Shown here: positions 46,564 through 56,232 of the stretch, piece by piece
Numbering within the stretch: position 1 is the first letter of the stretch
Layout of the letters: every line of letters begins with the position of its first letter
DNA from: Geopsychrobacteraceae bacterium
Lineage (GTDB): Bacteria; Desulfobacterota; Desulfuromonadia; Desulfuromonadales; Geopsychrobacteraceae
Reading direction: 5' to 3'
Length of the DNA: 64,000 bases
NCBI GenBank assembly: GCA_963662315.1
Contig: OY759353.1
Location: 3,264,001 to 3,328,000 of the forward strand
Position numbers and translations under genes: made by a program
Notes under the pieces: model-generated
Seen by the model: the letters and a program-made list of their open reading frames with translations, nothing else
What the model was told of the DNA's origin: nothing
Database searches by the model: none

Positions 46564-47325
46564 ATGGCTTATCTTGTTTCAACAGTTTCAATGTTCGTCC
46601 TGCTTGGGTTACTGCTGGCGGTCAAAGTGACACGTCAGTACGGCCGGGCAGTTCTGTTTCGCCTTGGTCGCCTCAAAGGGATTCGCGGGCCGGGTCTGTT
46701 TCTGATCATTCCCGGTGTTGACCAGATAGTCCGGGTCGATCTGCGCGTTCGCCAGCTCGATGTTCCCAAGCAGACGCTGATCACCCGCGATAATATCAGC
46801 GTCGATGTCGACGCCATTATTTATTACCATGTGACCGATCCGGTTCAGGCGGTGGTTGAGGTCGAGGATTACCAGGGGGCAACGGCGCTCATCGCCCAGA
46901 CCGTGCTGCGCGATATCCTCGGCCAGAGCGAGCTTGACGCCATTCTCGCCGACCGCGAGGCGCTCAATCAGCACATTCAGCAAACCCTTGACGAGGTTAC
47001 CCAACCATGGGGAATCAGGGTCGATATCGTGACGATTCGCGATATCTCTCTGCCAGAAAACATGCTGCGTGCCATTGCCCGGCAGGCCGAGGCTGAACGG
47101 GAACGGCGGGCGCGGATCATCTTGGCCGACGGGGAGTTCCAGGCTTCACAGAAGATGCAGGAGGCTGCCAAGCTTTACGAGCGGGTGCCGATGGCCCTCA
47201 AGCTACGTGAGTTCCAGAATTTAAGTGAAATCGCCCGTGAGAAGAACCTGATTGTCGTTACCAACGGGATTGATAACACCGGTAACTCGGTGGCCCTGGC
47301 TCGGGCGCTGGACAGGATCGCCTAA
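46564..47325 (+). CDS. SPFH/stomatin (slipin) family protein
   Basis: VLFRLGR, GPGLFLIIP, VDLR, ITRDN, QAEAERERRA, LRE. Confidence 0.92.
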   Translation: MAYLVSTVSMFVLLGLLLAVKVTRQYGRAVLFRLGRLKGIRGPGLFLIIPGVDQIVRVDLRVRQLDVPKQTLITRDNISVDVDAIIYYHVTDPVQAVVEVEDYQGATALIAQTVLRDILGQSELDAILADREALNQHIQQTLDEVTQPWGIRVDIVTIRDISLPENMLRAIARQAEAERERRARIILADGEFQASQKMQEAAKLYERVPMALKLREFQNLSEIAREKNLIVVTNGIDNTGNSVALARALDRIA

Positions 47326-48447
47326 GTGAAGCGGCTCGTTTCATCTCTCCCCCTGCCTTATGGCGGTGCGAAAAAGACCCGTTTGGGGCGCTTGTCCAAT
47401 GCGCGCCAGGAACATGAACATCAGCTCTGGCGCAAAACGGCCTTTCTGATCGGTCTCGCCCTGTTCGTGCTACTGGCGGCGGCGGTGATCATGACCCTCG
47501 GCCAGGTGCCGATGACGGTCAGCGATGTTTATCGCTCCCTGGCCGGGCGACTGGTCCCCGGCCTGGCTCCGGAGAATCCGCTGATTAACCATGTCGTCTG
47601 GCAGCTGCGGCTGCCGCTGATCCTCGGCGCTTTTCTCGCCGGGTTTGGGCTGGGCAGCTGTGGCTGTGTCATGCAGGCGGTGCTCAAGAACCCGATGGCC
47701 AGCCCCTTTACCCTGGGGATCTCCTCCGGCGCCCACTTCGGCGTGTCGCTGGCTGCGGTCTTTGGTGTCAGTTTCATGGACGGCCCCTATTTTCTAGTCG
47801 CCAACGCCTTTGTCTGCTCGCTGGCCTGTTCGGCGCTGATCATTGCCCTCTCAGCCCTTAAGGGGGCGACCTCTGAGACCCTGATTCTCGCCGGGATCGC
47901 CGTCAATTACTTGTTTCAGGCGGCCAATCAGCTGTTCACCTATTTCGCCGATGACGATCAGCGCAATGTCATGTCGCTGTGGGGGATGGGCTCGCTCAAT
48001 TCGCTCAACTGGCACAGTATCGCTTTTCTGGTGGTGATCGCGGCCATCTGCCTGCCGTTGCTCTATCAGAAAGCCTGGGATCTCAACCTGATGACCGTCG
48101 GCGACGAGAGCGCCAAAAGTATGGGGGTGGACGCTGCTTTTATCCGTATTTTCGTCATGGTGGTGGCGAGTTTGCTGGTCTCAGCCATCGTCTCCTTTAT
48201 CGGCGTCATCGGCTTCGTCGGGCTGGTCGCGCCGCATATTGGCCGTATCCTGCTTGGCAATGATCACCGTTTTCTGATCCCCGCGGCTGGTGGCATCGGC
48301 GGGGCGCTGCTGCTGATCGCCAATGCCGTATCGATGAATCTGATCCATTCGGTGGTGCTGCCGACCGGGATTATCATGTCGATCCTCGGTGTGCCGTTGT
48401 TTATGTATCTGATCTTCCGCGGCAAGCGTAAGGAGTTCTGGTCATGA
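47326..48447 (+). CDS. FecCD/BtuC family ABC permease
   Basis: LRLP, QAVLKNPMASPFTLGISSGA, GDESAKSMG, GVIGFVGLVAPH. Confidence 0.93.
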   Translation: MKRLVSSLPLPYGGAKKTRLGRLSNARQEHEHQLWRKTAFLIGLALFVLLAAAVIMTLGQVPMTVSDVYRSLAGRLVPGLAPENPLINHVVWQLRLPLILGAFLAGFGLGSCGCVMQAVLKNPMASPFTLGISSGAHFGVSLAAVFGVSFMDGPYFLVANAFVCSLACSALIIALSALKGATSETLILAGIAVNYLFQAANQLFTYFADDDQRNVMSLWGMGSLNSLNWHSIAFLVVIAAICLPLLYQKAWDLNLMTVGDESAKSMGVDAAFIRIFVMVVASLLVSAIVSFIGVIGFVGLVAPHIGRILLGNDHRFLIPAAGGIGGALLLIANAVSMNLIHSVVLPTGIIMSILGVPLFMYLIFRGKRKEFWS

Positions 48448-49259
48448 TCCACAAGCTGGAAATCCGCAACCTGCGCTTCGGTTACAGCAATAGCGCAATT
48501 TTAAAGGACCTGTTCATGGCTGTTGCCGACGGTAAACTGGTCAGTATCGTCGGGCCGAACGGCTCGGGCAAGTCGACGCTGATCAAATGTATCGACCGGA
48601 TTCTCACGCCATCGGCCGGGGAGCTGTTTGTCGACCATCGTGACCTCCACAAGCTGTCGCGCAGGGAGTTGGCCCGGCGCATTGCCTACGTACCGCAGAA
48701 CGCCATGCGCGTGTTTCCCCACAGCGTCTTCGATGTCGTGGTCATGGGTCGGCGGCCGCACCTTTCCTGGGGGAGCAGTGCCGGCGACAAGGAGAAGGCC
48801 TGGGAAATGCTGCAGCTACTCGGTATTGAAGATATGGCCTTGCACTCCTTCAACGAACTGTCCGGTGGCCAGCAGCAGAAGGTGCTGATCGCCCGGGCGC
48901 TGGCTCAGGAGACCGGACTGATCCTGCTCGACGAACCGACCAGCAATCTGGATATCTGGCACCAGCTCGATGTCATGGAGCTGCTCCGCCAGCTGGTGCG
49001 CAAGCGGCGTCTGACCGCTATCGTCGCCATTCACGATCTCAACATGGCGGCGCGTTATTCCGACCGCATATTGATGATGAAACATGGCCGCATCCTCGCT
49101 AATGGCAGCCCGGACGAAGTGATGACCTGTGACAACCTCGAGCAGATCTATGGCATCCGGGTCAGTATCAAGCGGGCCGAGGAGAGTCCTTTTATCATCC
49201 CAATCGCGCGTTTGCCCCAGAAAAACCTGGAGCCGTTGCCGCGGCAGCATGGGCGCTGA
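48444..49259 (+). CDS. ABC ATPase (FepC/BtuD-like)
   Basis: GPNGSGKST, LSGGQQQ, LLDEPT, HDLN. Confidence 0.95.
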   Translation: MIHKLEIRNLRFGYSNSAILKDLFMAVADGKLVSIVGPNGSGKSTLIKCIDRILTPSAGELFVDHRDLHKLSRRELARRIAYVPQNAMRVFPHSVFDVVVMGRRPHLSWGSSAGDKEKAWEMLQLLGIEDMALHSFNELSGGQQQKVLIARALAQETGLILLDEPTSNLDIWHQLDVMELLRQLVRKRRLTAIVAIHDLNMAARYSDRILMMKHGRILANGSPDEVMTCDNLEQIYGIRVSIKRAEESPFIIPIARLPQKNLEPLPRQHGR

Positions 49260-49319
49260 AGAGTGCGATTTTGAACCATGCGGCCTTGCAGCCATAATCA
49301 TTGTCGGAAAGTAGAGGTT

Positions 49320-50387
49320 ATGAAACAACAGAGCAGATGGAAGGCATTTGTATGGGGGGCGGCCCTGGTTGCGGCGTTGTTGCTTCCCGCTGCTATGGTG
49401 CAGGCCCAGGGGGCGCAGACGCGGCTGATAACCGACATGGCTGGGCGCCAGGTTAGCATTCCGCTGACGGTCAACAAGGTCTTGTCTACCTCGCCGCCAC
49501 CGACAACCTTTATCTATATGCTCGCCCCGGAGAAGCTGGGAGCCTGGCTGGGGTCGGCGCAGAAATCGTCAACCAGATATATCCCCGAACAGTACCGTAA
49601 ACTGCCGAGCATCGCCTGGGGACGAGGCCGTACCAACTACGAGGCCTACATCGCGGCGCAGCCGGATCTGGTGTTGATCGGCTGTGAAGCGGCATCCGGG
49701 CAAGGTCAGGGACAGGCCGAGCTGACCCAGGGCAAGTTCGGCAGCATTCCCGTCGTCTGCGTCGATGAGACCCGCAATGCCACCGGCTATGCCGATACCC
49801 TGGTGTTTATGGGCGATCTGCTTGGGGTTCCGGAGCGCGCAGCAGCGCTGGTCAGCTATTATCAGGATGTTCTGTCCGAGGTCGAAACGAAGGTCGCGGC
49901 GATTCCGGCGGAGCAGCGGGTGCGGGTCTACTATGCTGAGGACAGCAATGGCCTCAAGACCGATCCGAGGGGCTCGGTCCATGCGCAGCTGATCGATGTG
50001 TGCGGCGGGGTCAATGTCGCTGATTGCACCGTCGATTCCGGCTCCGGGATGACTGCCGTGACCATGGAGTCGCTGCTCATGTGGCAGCCGCAGGTGATCA
50101 TCACCACGAGTCCCGAATTTGTCGCTCAGGCTCCCGCTGATGCCTCCTGGCAGCAGGTCAGGGCGATTCGCAACGGGCAGGTTTACCTGGCTCCGAGCCA
50201 GCCACAGAACTGGTTTGACCGGCCGCCCGGCGTCAACCGCATCGTCGGAATCCCGTGGACCGCTCACCTGCTCTACCCGGAGCTGTTCAGCCGGGACTGG
50301 CTGGAAACCAAGGTCCAGAAGTTTTACCAGCTCTATTACCACTATCGGCTCAGCAGTAATGACCTGCAGGAGTTGCTGGCACCTTAA
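49320..50387 (+). CDS. Class III (metal-chelate) substrate-binding protein
   Basis: Signal peptide, TDMAGRQV, RVYYAE, WFDRPPG. Confidence 0.9.
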   Translation: MKQQSRWKAFVWGAALVAALLLPAAMVQAQGAQTRLITDMAGRQVSIPLTVNKVLSTSPPPTTFIYMLAPEKLGAWLGSAQKSSTRYIPEQYRKLPSIAWGRGRTNYEAYIAAQPDLVLIGCEAASGQGQGQAELTQGKFGSIPVVCVDETRNATGYADTLVFMGDLLGVPERAAALVSYYQDVLSEVETKVAAIPAEQRVRVYYAEDSNGLKTDPRGSVHAQLIDVCGGVNVADCTVDSGSGMTAVTMESLLMWQPQVIITTSPEFVAQAPADASWQQVRAIRNGQVYLAPSQPQNWFDRPPGVNRIVGIPWTAHLLYPELFSRDWLETKVQKFYQLYYHYRLSSNDLQELLAP

Positions 50388-50488
50388 TGACCGCGAGGAA
50401 AAGCGGCAAAACAAAGCACTGCAGCGGCTCTTTCTGGCTGCTGACCATGGTGGCTATAGCTCTGTTCTGAAATATTATTAGAAAGGGA

Positions 50489-51310
50489 ATGCTTATGCTG
50501 ACAGTACAACAACAACTGGTCGATCTGCTTGGCGAGCCGGCGGCAGGAAGACGCGTAACCGAGGTTCGGATCGGCCTGGGCTACACTGCAGTCAGGCTCG
50601 ACAGCGGCGCAGCCGGGGTGGCCTGGACCCCTAAAATTGCGGCTTCATCCTGTTCTCATTTAAAGAGGGCAGGAACTCTGGCCGGATCTGATGCCAGCGC
50701 TATTCTTGCTCTGCTGGTGGATGTATCGCCTCTGGCCAGGGCTGTGGGGCTGGCGACGGCGAATGCTCTGTTGGCCTCCCAGCCACAGGAGTCGGTGAGC
50801 CGGGTGGAGGTTATCGACGCCCTCGCTCTTACGGCCCATGATCATGTGGTTATGGTTGGATATTTTGCGCCCTTGCTCGGCAAACTGAAGGAGACCGGTT
50901 GTCGGCTGGATATCGTCGAATTGAACCCGGAGCATGGCACCGGAACCATCACTGCTGAACAGGGCGAAGCCGCCCTGGCTGCTTGTAGCGTGGCTATTAT
51001 CACCGGTACCAGTCTGATCAACGGCACCTTTGCCCGGGTGCACGCTGCTCTTGGCAAGCCCCGTGCGGCGGTCCTGCTCGGACCCTCCACACCCCTGTTG
51101 GCAGAGGCGTTCAGCGCAACGAAAATCACCCATCTGGCCGGATCGCGGGTCACTGATCCGGAGGCGGTACTCAAGGTCGTGTCTGAAGGAGGCGGGACCA
51201 TGTTGATGAAACCCTATCTCGATTTCCAGACGTTAGCGGTCGTTTCAGATCCAGCGGTGGCACAACCGGCCTGTTGCACACAGGCGCTTGCTCCAGGAGA
51301 GGGCCAATGA
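50489..51310 (+). CDS. DUF364 / Rossmann-like domain protein
   Basis: RIGLGYTAV, GLATANAL, VMVGYF, IITGTSLINGT, LLGPSTP, SEGGG. Confidence 0.88.
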   Translation: MLMLTVQQQLVDLLGEPAAGRRVTEVRIGLGYTAVRLDSGAAGVAWTPKIAASSCSHLKRAGTLAGSDASAILALLVDVSPLARAVGLATANALLASQPQESVSRVEVIDALALTAHDHVVMVGYFAPLLGKLKETGCRLDIVELNPEHGTGTITAEQGEAALAACSVAIITGTSLINGTFARVHAALGKPRAAVLLGPSTPLLAEAFSATKITHLAGSRVTDPEAVLKVVSEGGGTMLMKPYLDFQTLAVVSDPAVAQPACCTQALAPGEGQ

Positions 51311-52095
51311 GCTTTTATCAGCAGATGATGGGGACAATTGCGGCCGAAGCTGATGCGCAAATTTGTATCGAGGATATTCGAATCTTTTCCAACTGGGTGC
51401 TGGTCAAGGCCGGACGCTGGTCCATTTCGACCTACTTTCACGACATGCTCGGTTTTGACTCGCCTCTCGGCATGGATACCTGGATGGGGGACTGGCTTGG
51501 CCGGCCAGCCAAAGAGGCGGCTCTGACGCTGCTGGAGAGTCGGGTCACGCTCAAACGCAGCGTCGGCATGGCCTGTCTTAAGGCGCTGCTCCCCGATCCT
51601 CCATGTCCCTACGAAGGAAACTCCATGGATTTGGTTGAAACAACCGCCCAAAGGGTGCCAACCTGCTTCATTGGGTATTTCAAAAATGCCGCGCAGTGGC
51701 GTGAGCAGGGCTGGCCGGTCAACATTGTCGAGTTATTACCGCGCCCTGGTGACATCCATTGGGATCATGCCGATGAGGTGCTGGCGGAGGCCGAGTTGGT
51801 TCTGATCACCGGGTTGACTCTGGTCAATGAGACTATAGAAGCAGTGCTGGCCCGCACTCCGGCGGCCAAGGTCAGAATTCTGATGGGGCCTACCGTGCCA
51901 GCCAGTCCGGCACTGCTCGATTACGGTTTCGATCTGTTGGGAATCTCACAGGTTGCTGATGTGGATAAAATGTCCGCCTACGCACAGCTTGGCGGCGGCA
52001 GTATTGCCTATGCTCCGGATGGGGCACTGAAAAGTTTGAATCTGACCAGAGATCTGCCAGCCTTGCAACAGAAACTGGCAACGTTGGTGCGTTGA
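51307..52095 (+). CDS. Divergent DUF364 / Rossmann-like domain protein
   Basis: FIGYF, IVELLP, LITGLTLVNET, LMGPTVP. Confidence 0.78.
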   Translation: MSFYQQMMGTIAAEADAQICIEDIRIFSNWVLVKAGRWSISTYFHDMLGFDSPLGMDTWMGDWLGRPAKEAALTLLESRVTLKRSVGMACLKALLPDPPCPYEGNSMDLVETTAQRVPTCFIGYFKNAAQWREQGWPVNIVELLPRPGDIHWDHADEVLAEAELVLITGLTLVNETIEAVLARTPAAKVRILMGPTVPASPALLDYGFDLLGISQVADVDKMSAYAQLGGGSIAYAPDGALKSLNLTRDLPALQQKLATLVR

Positions 52096-52117
52096 GAACA
52101 CAAGGAGATTTATACAT

Positions 52118-52939
52118 ATGTGGCTGGAACATTTAAGCAAGTGGCGGGCAGCAGGAGTTCCCTGCGCTATTATCACTATTATTGAAGCACAGGGCTCAAC
52201 ACCGCGCAAAACCGGGTCCAAGATGGTTGTCAACAAGAACGGAGAAAGTGCCGGATCGGTCGGCGGCGGGCCGGTTGAACAGCAGAGTATCCGCCTGGCG
52301 CAGCAGGCGATCAACAAAGGCAAATGCCTGACCCAGCGTTTTGTCTCCGTGGCCGATGGCGAAGACTGGCTGGCCGAGAATAAGTCTCTCGGGGCCTGCG
52401 GTGGAACCCTGACGGTTTTTATTGAACCGCTGGTTCCCGAAGCAGAGCTTGTCATCTTTGGTGGCGGCCACATCGGCCAGTGCCTGGCCCAGTTGTGTCA
52501 TGCCATCGCCATGCCCTACCGGGTTTACGATGATCGCCAGGAGATTCTAGTTGCGGAGAACTTTCCCGGCGCCCGAGAGCTGATCTGTGCTTCATTTGCA
52601 GAGATTGGTGAGCATATCGAACTGTCGGCGTTGAGCTATTGCGTGATCATGACCTATGGCCATGATTTTGATGAGGTGGTTCTGGAACAGTTACTCCCCT
52701 TAAGCGAGCTGCCCTATCTCGGTATGGTCGGTAGCCCGACCAAGGCCGAGGTGCTGATCCGCAATATAGAGGGGCGTGGCGGCAAGATCGACGACCGGCT
52801 CTACTGCCCCATTGGGCTTAAGATCGGCCGCAATCAGCCGCAGGAGATCGCGCTGGCAATTCTGGCGGAAATTATTTTGCTGTGCCGGGGCGGCGAACTG
52901 GTCCATCTGCGCCGAGATTGGCTTCAATCTGCTCTTTAA
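52118..52939 (+). CDS. XdhC/CoxI family Moco chaperone
   Basis: GSTPRK, GSVGGG, CGG, FGGGH, DDR, YLGMVGS, PIGLKIG..PQEIA. Confidence 0.9.
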   Translation: MWLEHLSKWRAAGVPCAIITIIEAQGSTPRKTGSKMVVNKNGESAGSVGGGPVEQQSIRLAQQAINKGKCLTQRFVSVADGEDWLAENKSLGACGGTLTVFIEPLVPEAELVIFGGGHIGQCLAQLCHAIAMPYRVYDDRQEILVAENFPGARELICASFAEIGEHIELSALSYCVIMTYGHDFDEVVLEQLLPLSELPYLGMVGSPTKAEVLIRNIEGRGGKIDDRLYCPIGLKIGRNQPQEIALAILAEIILLCRGGELVHLRRDWLQSAL

Positions 52940-53020
52940 TAATGAATCTGATGAGCGAACAGCAACAGATCATTAAATCATTGTTGACAGAAAAGGCAGG
53001 TTTGCTCCTGAAGACTGGAA

Positions 53021-53698
53021 ATGCTGAAGAATAATCACAATCTGGTCAGTGCTTATGGCTTTGCTACGGCTGACCAGAGAAAGCAACACGACCGCAGCAG
53101 TTACGATACCCTGGCACGTGGCATTAATGCGCCCATGTATCGTTATTATGCGGCCCGGATCAGAGAGAAGACGGGTATAACCGCGGGGCGCTGTGTCGAT
53201 GTCGGCTCCCATGGTGGCTACCTTGGCCTCGAACTGGCCAGAATTACCGAGTTGTACATGACGTTTCTCGATATCTCGGCACCGGCACTGGCCACCGCGC
53301 GCAAAAACATTGCCGATGATGGTTTGGCGGGGCGGGCTGATACCCTTGAGGCTGATGTGCACCGGATCCCCCTTGCCGAGAATTCGGTTGAGCTGGTGAT
53401 CAGTCGTGGCTCAATCCCGTTTTGGGACAATATCCCAATGGCTCTGCAGGAGATTCACCGCATTCTGGCCCCTGGCGGCCAGGCCTATGTCGGGGTCGGC
53501 AGGGGAACTCCAGAGGTTAAAGCGCAGATAGCGGCATTGGCTAAAAACCAGCGGGGTGCCGACGCTAACCGCTGTTTCCGGGGGCCGGCGAAAAAGCGCA
53601 CGCTAAAAAAGTTCATTGAGATTCTGAAAGATGCGGGGCTGCGGAGATTTCAGCTGGAGCAGGGCGAGGCCGGGCGCTGGATCCACCTCTGGAAGTAG
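53021..53698 (+). CDS. Class I SAM-dependent methyltransferase (paralog of 41145 and 41822)
   Basis: VDVGSHGG, ELVISRGSIPFW, ILAPGG. Confidence 0.85.
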   Translation: MLKNNHNLVSAYGFATADQRKQHDRSSYDTLARGINAPMYRYYAARIREKTGITAGRCVDVGSHGGYLGLELARITELYMTFLDISAPALATARKNIADDGLAGRADTLEADVHRIPLAENSVELVISRGSIPFWDNIPMALQEIHRILAPGGQAYVGVGRGTPEVKAQIAALAKNQRGADANRCFRGPAKKRTLKKFIEILKDAGLRRFQLEQGEAGRWIHLWK

Positions 53699-53753
53699 GT
53701 CCGAAAATTGTTTCCTGAAGGGATTCAAGACATTTTTTTAAGGAGTGATAAAC

Positions 53754-54773
53754 ATGCCTGATACTCAGACAAATCAGCATCCGGTCGTTACCAGAGAGAT
53801 TATCGACATGGCCGGGCGTACGGTCGTCGTGCCGACCAGGATTAACTGTTTTCTCGGCGCTGCGCCTTATACCAAGGTGTTGGGCTATATGGTGGCCCCG
53901 GAATTGTTGATCGATGGACCAGTCCCCGGGCCTGCCGCTGAGCAACGCTATATCCGACCCGAATCGGGTAAAATCAGGGTGCCAAAGGGGTCGAGGAAAG
54001 GCCTCGGCATAGCTGCAGAGACAAGGCAACGGCGCGGACCTGATCTGGCTGCGATCATGAGTCTTGAACCGGCCTTTGCACTATTGAAAGGGAATGCCCG
54101 GACTGATCGCAGCAAGGCGTCAAAATACGAGGAAGTCGGACTGCCGGTTATCTATGTCGATCTGGATGAAATTGATAATTATCCGGCGGCGATTGAGTTT
54201 CTAGGCCAGCTGGTCGGCTATGAGGAACGTGCAAACGCTATGGCCGCGCGTGGCCGGCAGATTCTGGCCGCCGTCGACGCTGCCGTCGGCTCGCTTCCCG
54301 AGAGCAGGAAAGCGCGCGTCTATTATGCGGAGTCGGATGACGGCCTGGTCACCGAGTATGATCTGTCCCTGCATGCCGATGCCATTGTCCGGGCCGGGGC
54401 AAAGCTGGTTCATGAAGGGCTGCAAACCACTCATATGGGACTGGAGCAACTGACTTTTGACCAGGTCAGAGCCTATAACCCTGACTTCATTCTGACACAG
54501 AGCGCCACATTTGCGGCTATGGCCTACGCCGACCCTGGCTGGCAGCAGATCAGGGCTGTGGCGGAGGGCAAGATTCTGGTCGCTCCCCAGACCCCGTATG
54601 CCTGGTTCGATCGTCCACCGGCAGCGACCCGGTTGATCGGTATCTCGTGGCTGGCTGCGCGCCTCTATCCCGATCTTTATCCCATTGATCTGAAACAGGA
54701 ACTGCGCGAGCTGCATAAACTATTTCTCGGCATTGACGTCGCTGATGCCGATCTTGACGAGTGGTTACGTTAA
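53754..54773 (+). CDS. Class III substrate-binding protein without a signal peptide
   Basis: IDMAGRTV, RVYYAE, WFDRPP, LYPDLY; hydrophilic N-terminus. Confidence 0.85.
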   Translation: MPDTQTNQHPVVTREIIDMAGRTVVVPTRINCFLGAAPYTKVLGYMVAPELLIDGPVPGPAAEQRYIRPESGKIRVPKGSRKGLGIAAETRQRRGPDLAAIMSLEPAFALLKGNARTDRSKASKYEEVGLPVIYVDLDEIDNYPAAIEFLGQLVGYEERANAMAARGRQILAAVDAAVGSLPESRKARVYYAESDDGLVTEYDLSLHADAIVRAGAKLVHEGLQTTHMGLEQLTFDQVRAYNPDFILTQSATFAAMAYADPGWQQIRAVAEGKILVAPQTPYAWFDRPPAATRLIGISWLAARLYPDLYPIDLKQELRELHKLFLGIDVADADLDEWLR

Positions 54774-54842
54774 CCGTTGGTAGCCCGTCCGACTCGTGAG
54801 TTGAAATAACCAGGGCTGCTACTATTTAAAGGGAGCAGGACG

Positions 54843-55271
54843 ATGGGTGAGATAATCTTACCGAACAATACACCGGATGACCGTTACACCATCCAGGGCG
54901 ATGTGGCTTTTGACACGCTTACCGGTTTGACCTGGGAGCGTTTTGCCATGGGACGCAGTGCAGATAATTGGCTCAGCGCACAAGCGCTACTGATGGACTG
55001 GGACATGGCCATGCAGCAGGGGGGGGATGGCTGGCGGCTGCCAAGCCTAGACGAGTTGCAAACCCTGGTGTCAAGCAGTGGGCAGAACCCGGCCATCAAC
55101 CGGCATATCTTTCCTGATGTCGGTGTCAATGGACCCTGGTGGTACTGGTCCAGCACTCCGTACCTGAAGGATGCTGCCGGGGCCTGGGCAGTGCACTTCG
55201 GCACTGGTGGCAGTGGTTATGTTTTTCCCCACAAAAAGGGGATGGTGCGCCTGGTACGGAAGGACGCGTGA
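54843..55271 (+). CDS. DUF1566 (Lcl C-terminal) domain protein
   Basis: DTLTGLTW, WRLPSLDEL, YWSST, AWAVHF, VRLVR. Confidence 0.85.
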   Translation: MGEIILPNNTPDDRYTIQGDVAFDTLTGLTWERFAMGRSADNWLSAQALLMDWDMAMQQGGDGWRLPSLDELQTLVSSSGQNPAINRHIFPDVGVNGPWWYWSSTPYLKDAAGAWAVHFGTGGSGYVFPHKKGMVRLVRKDA

Positions 55272-55341
55272 TTATTTTTTGCGGGGCTTTGTCCCCGGTG
55301 ATTTTCAGCTAAATGACGGGAGTATTTTTAGAGGTATGCAT

Positions 55342-56145
55342 ATGTCAAAGACAGTATGGGCGGAAGAGTGGACGCGTGCGCAGCAGCAGAATCCTGAACG
55401 TAATACCCCGGAGTTCTGGGACCGGCGGGCACCGGAATTCTGTCGTCGGCAGCGTGATAAAAATGACTATGAAAGCGATTTCTTGCAGCTGATGCGGCTC
55501 AAACCAGAATGGAGTGTCCTCGATGTTGGCTGCGGCAGCGGAACACTGGCGATTCCGCTGGCGCAACAGGTGAAAGCGGTCACCGCGTTGGATTTTTCCA
55601 GTGAAATGTTGAAAATGGTAGCCCAGCGCTGTTGTGACCTTGGCCTAACCAATATTCGCCCCGTGCATGGTCGCTGGGAGGATGACTGGACTCAGCTGGG
55701 AATTGCCACCCACGATGTTGCCATCTCTTCGCGATCCCTGTCCGTCAGTGATTTGCGTAGTGCCCTGATAAAGCTGGATCAGGCTGCTCGCCAGCAGGTG
55801 TATTTGTCTGCTGTGGTTGGCGATGGTCCTTTTGATCGGCGTATTTATACTGTGTTGCAGCGGCCTCTGCAACATGGGCCTGATTATCTCCATATTTACC
55901 ATACCCTCCATGAGCTTGGTATTTACGCCAATATTTCGTTTATCGTCAATCAGGTCTGGAAAAGCTATGAAAGTGTCGCCGAAGCCGTTGAGTCAACGCG
56001 CTGGATGGTGCCCGATCTGACCGCCGCAGAACAGACCCGCTTGGAGGATTTCTTTGCCCGTGAACTTGAACCCTGGCAGGGGAAATGGCGTCTGCCGCAG
56101 CCAAGAACGATTCGCTGGGCGGTTATTTATTGGGATAAGCAGTAA
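55342..56145 (+). CDS. Class I SAM-dependent methyltransferase
   Basis: FWDRRA, VLDVGCGSG, ALDFS, HDVAISSRS, GPDY, GIYANI, WAVIYW. Confidence 0.9.
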   Translation: MSKTVWAEEWTRAQQQNPERNTPEFWDRRAPEFCRRQRDKNDYESDFLQLMRLKPEWSVLDVGCGSGTLAIPLAQQVKAVTALDFSSEMLKMVAQRCCDLGLTNIRPVHGRWEDDWTQLGIATHDVAISSRSLSVSDLRSALIKLDQAARQQVYLSAVVGDGPFDRRIYTVLQRPLQHGPDYLHIYHTLHELGIYANISFIVNQVWKSYESVAEAVESTRWMVPDLTAAEQTRLEDFFARELEPWQGKWRLPQPRTIRWAVIYWDKQ

Positions 56146-56147
56146 CG

Positions 56148-56198
56148 AGCAAAGGGCAGTTCACCAAGAGTGCAAACTGCCCTTTGCTATTTTGTTTT
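56148..56198. terminator. Terminator between convergent units
   Basis: AGCAAAGGGCAGTT...AACTGCCCTTTGCT followed by a T-rich tail. Confidence 0.8.
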
Positions 56199-56232
56199 CA
56201 GGTCGGGTGCGGAAAATACCCGATGAAAGCAG

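Noticed and set aside
49569..50414. Long antisense ORFs (here, and e.g. 60709-61533, 23003-23803, 7503-8177)
   Set aside because: They are shadows of well-supported genes on the opposite strand and carry no family motifs.
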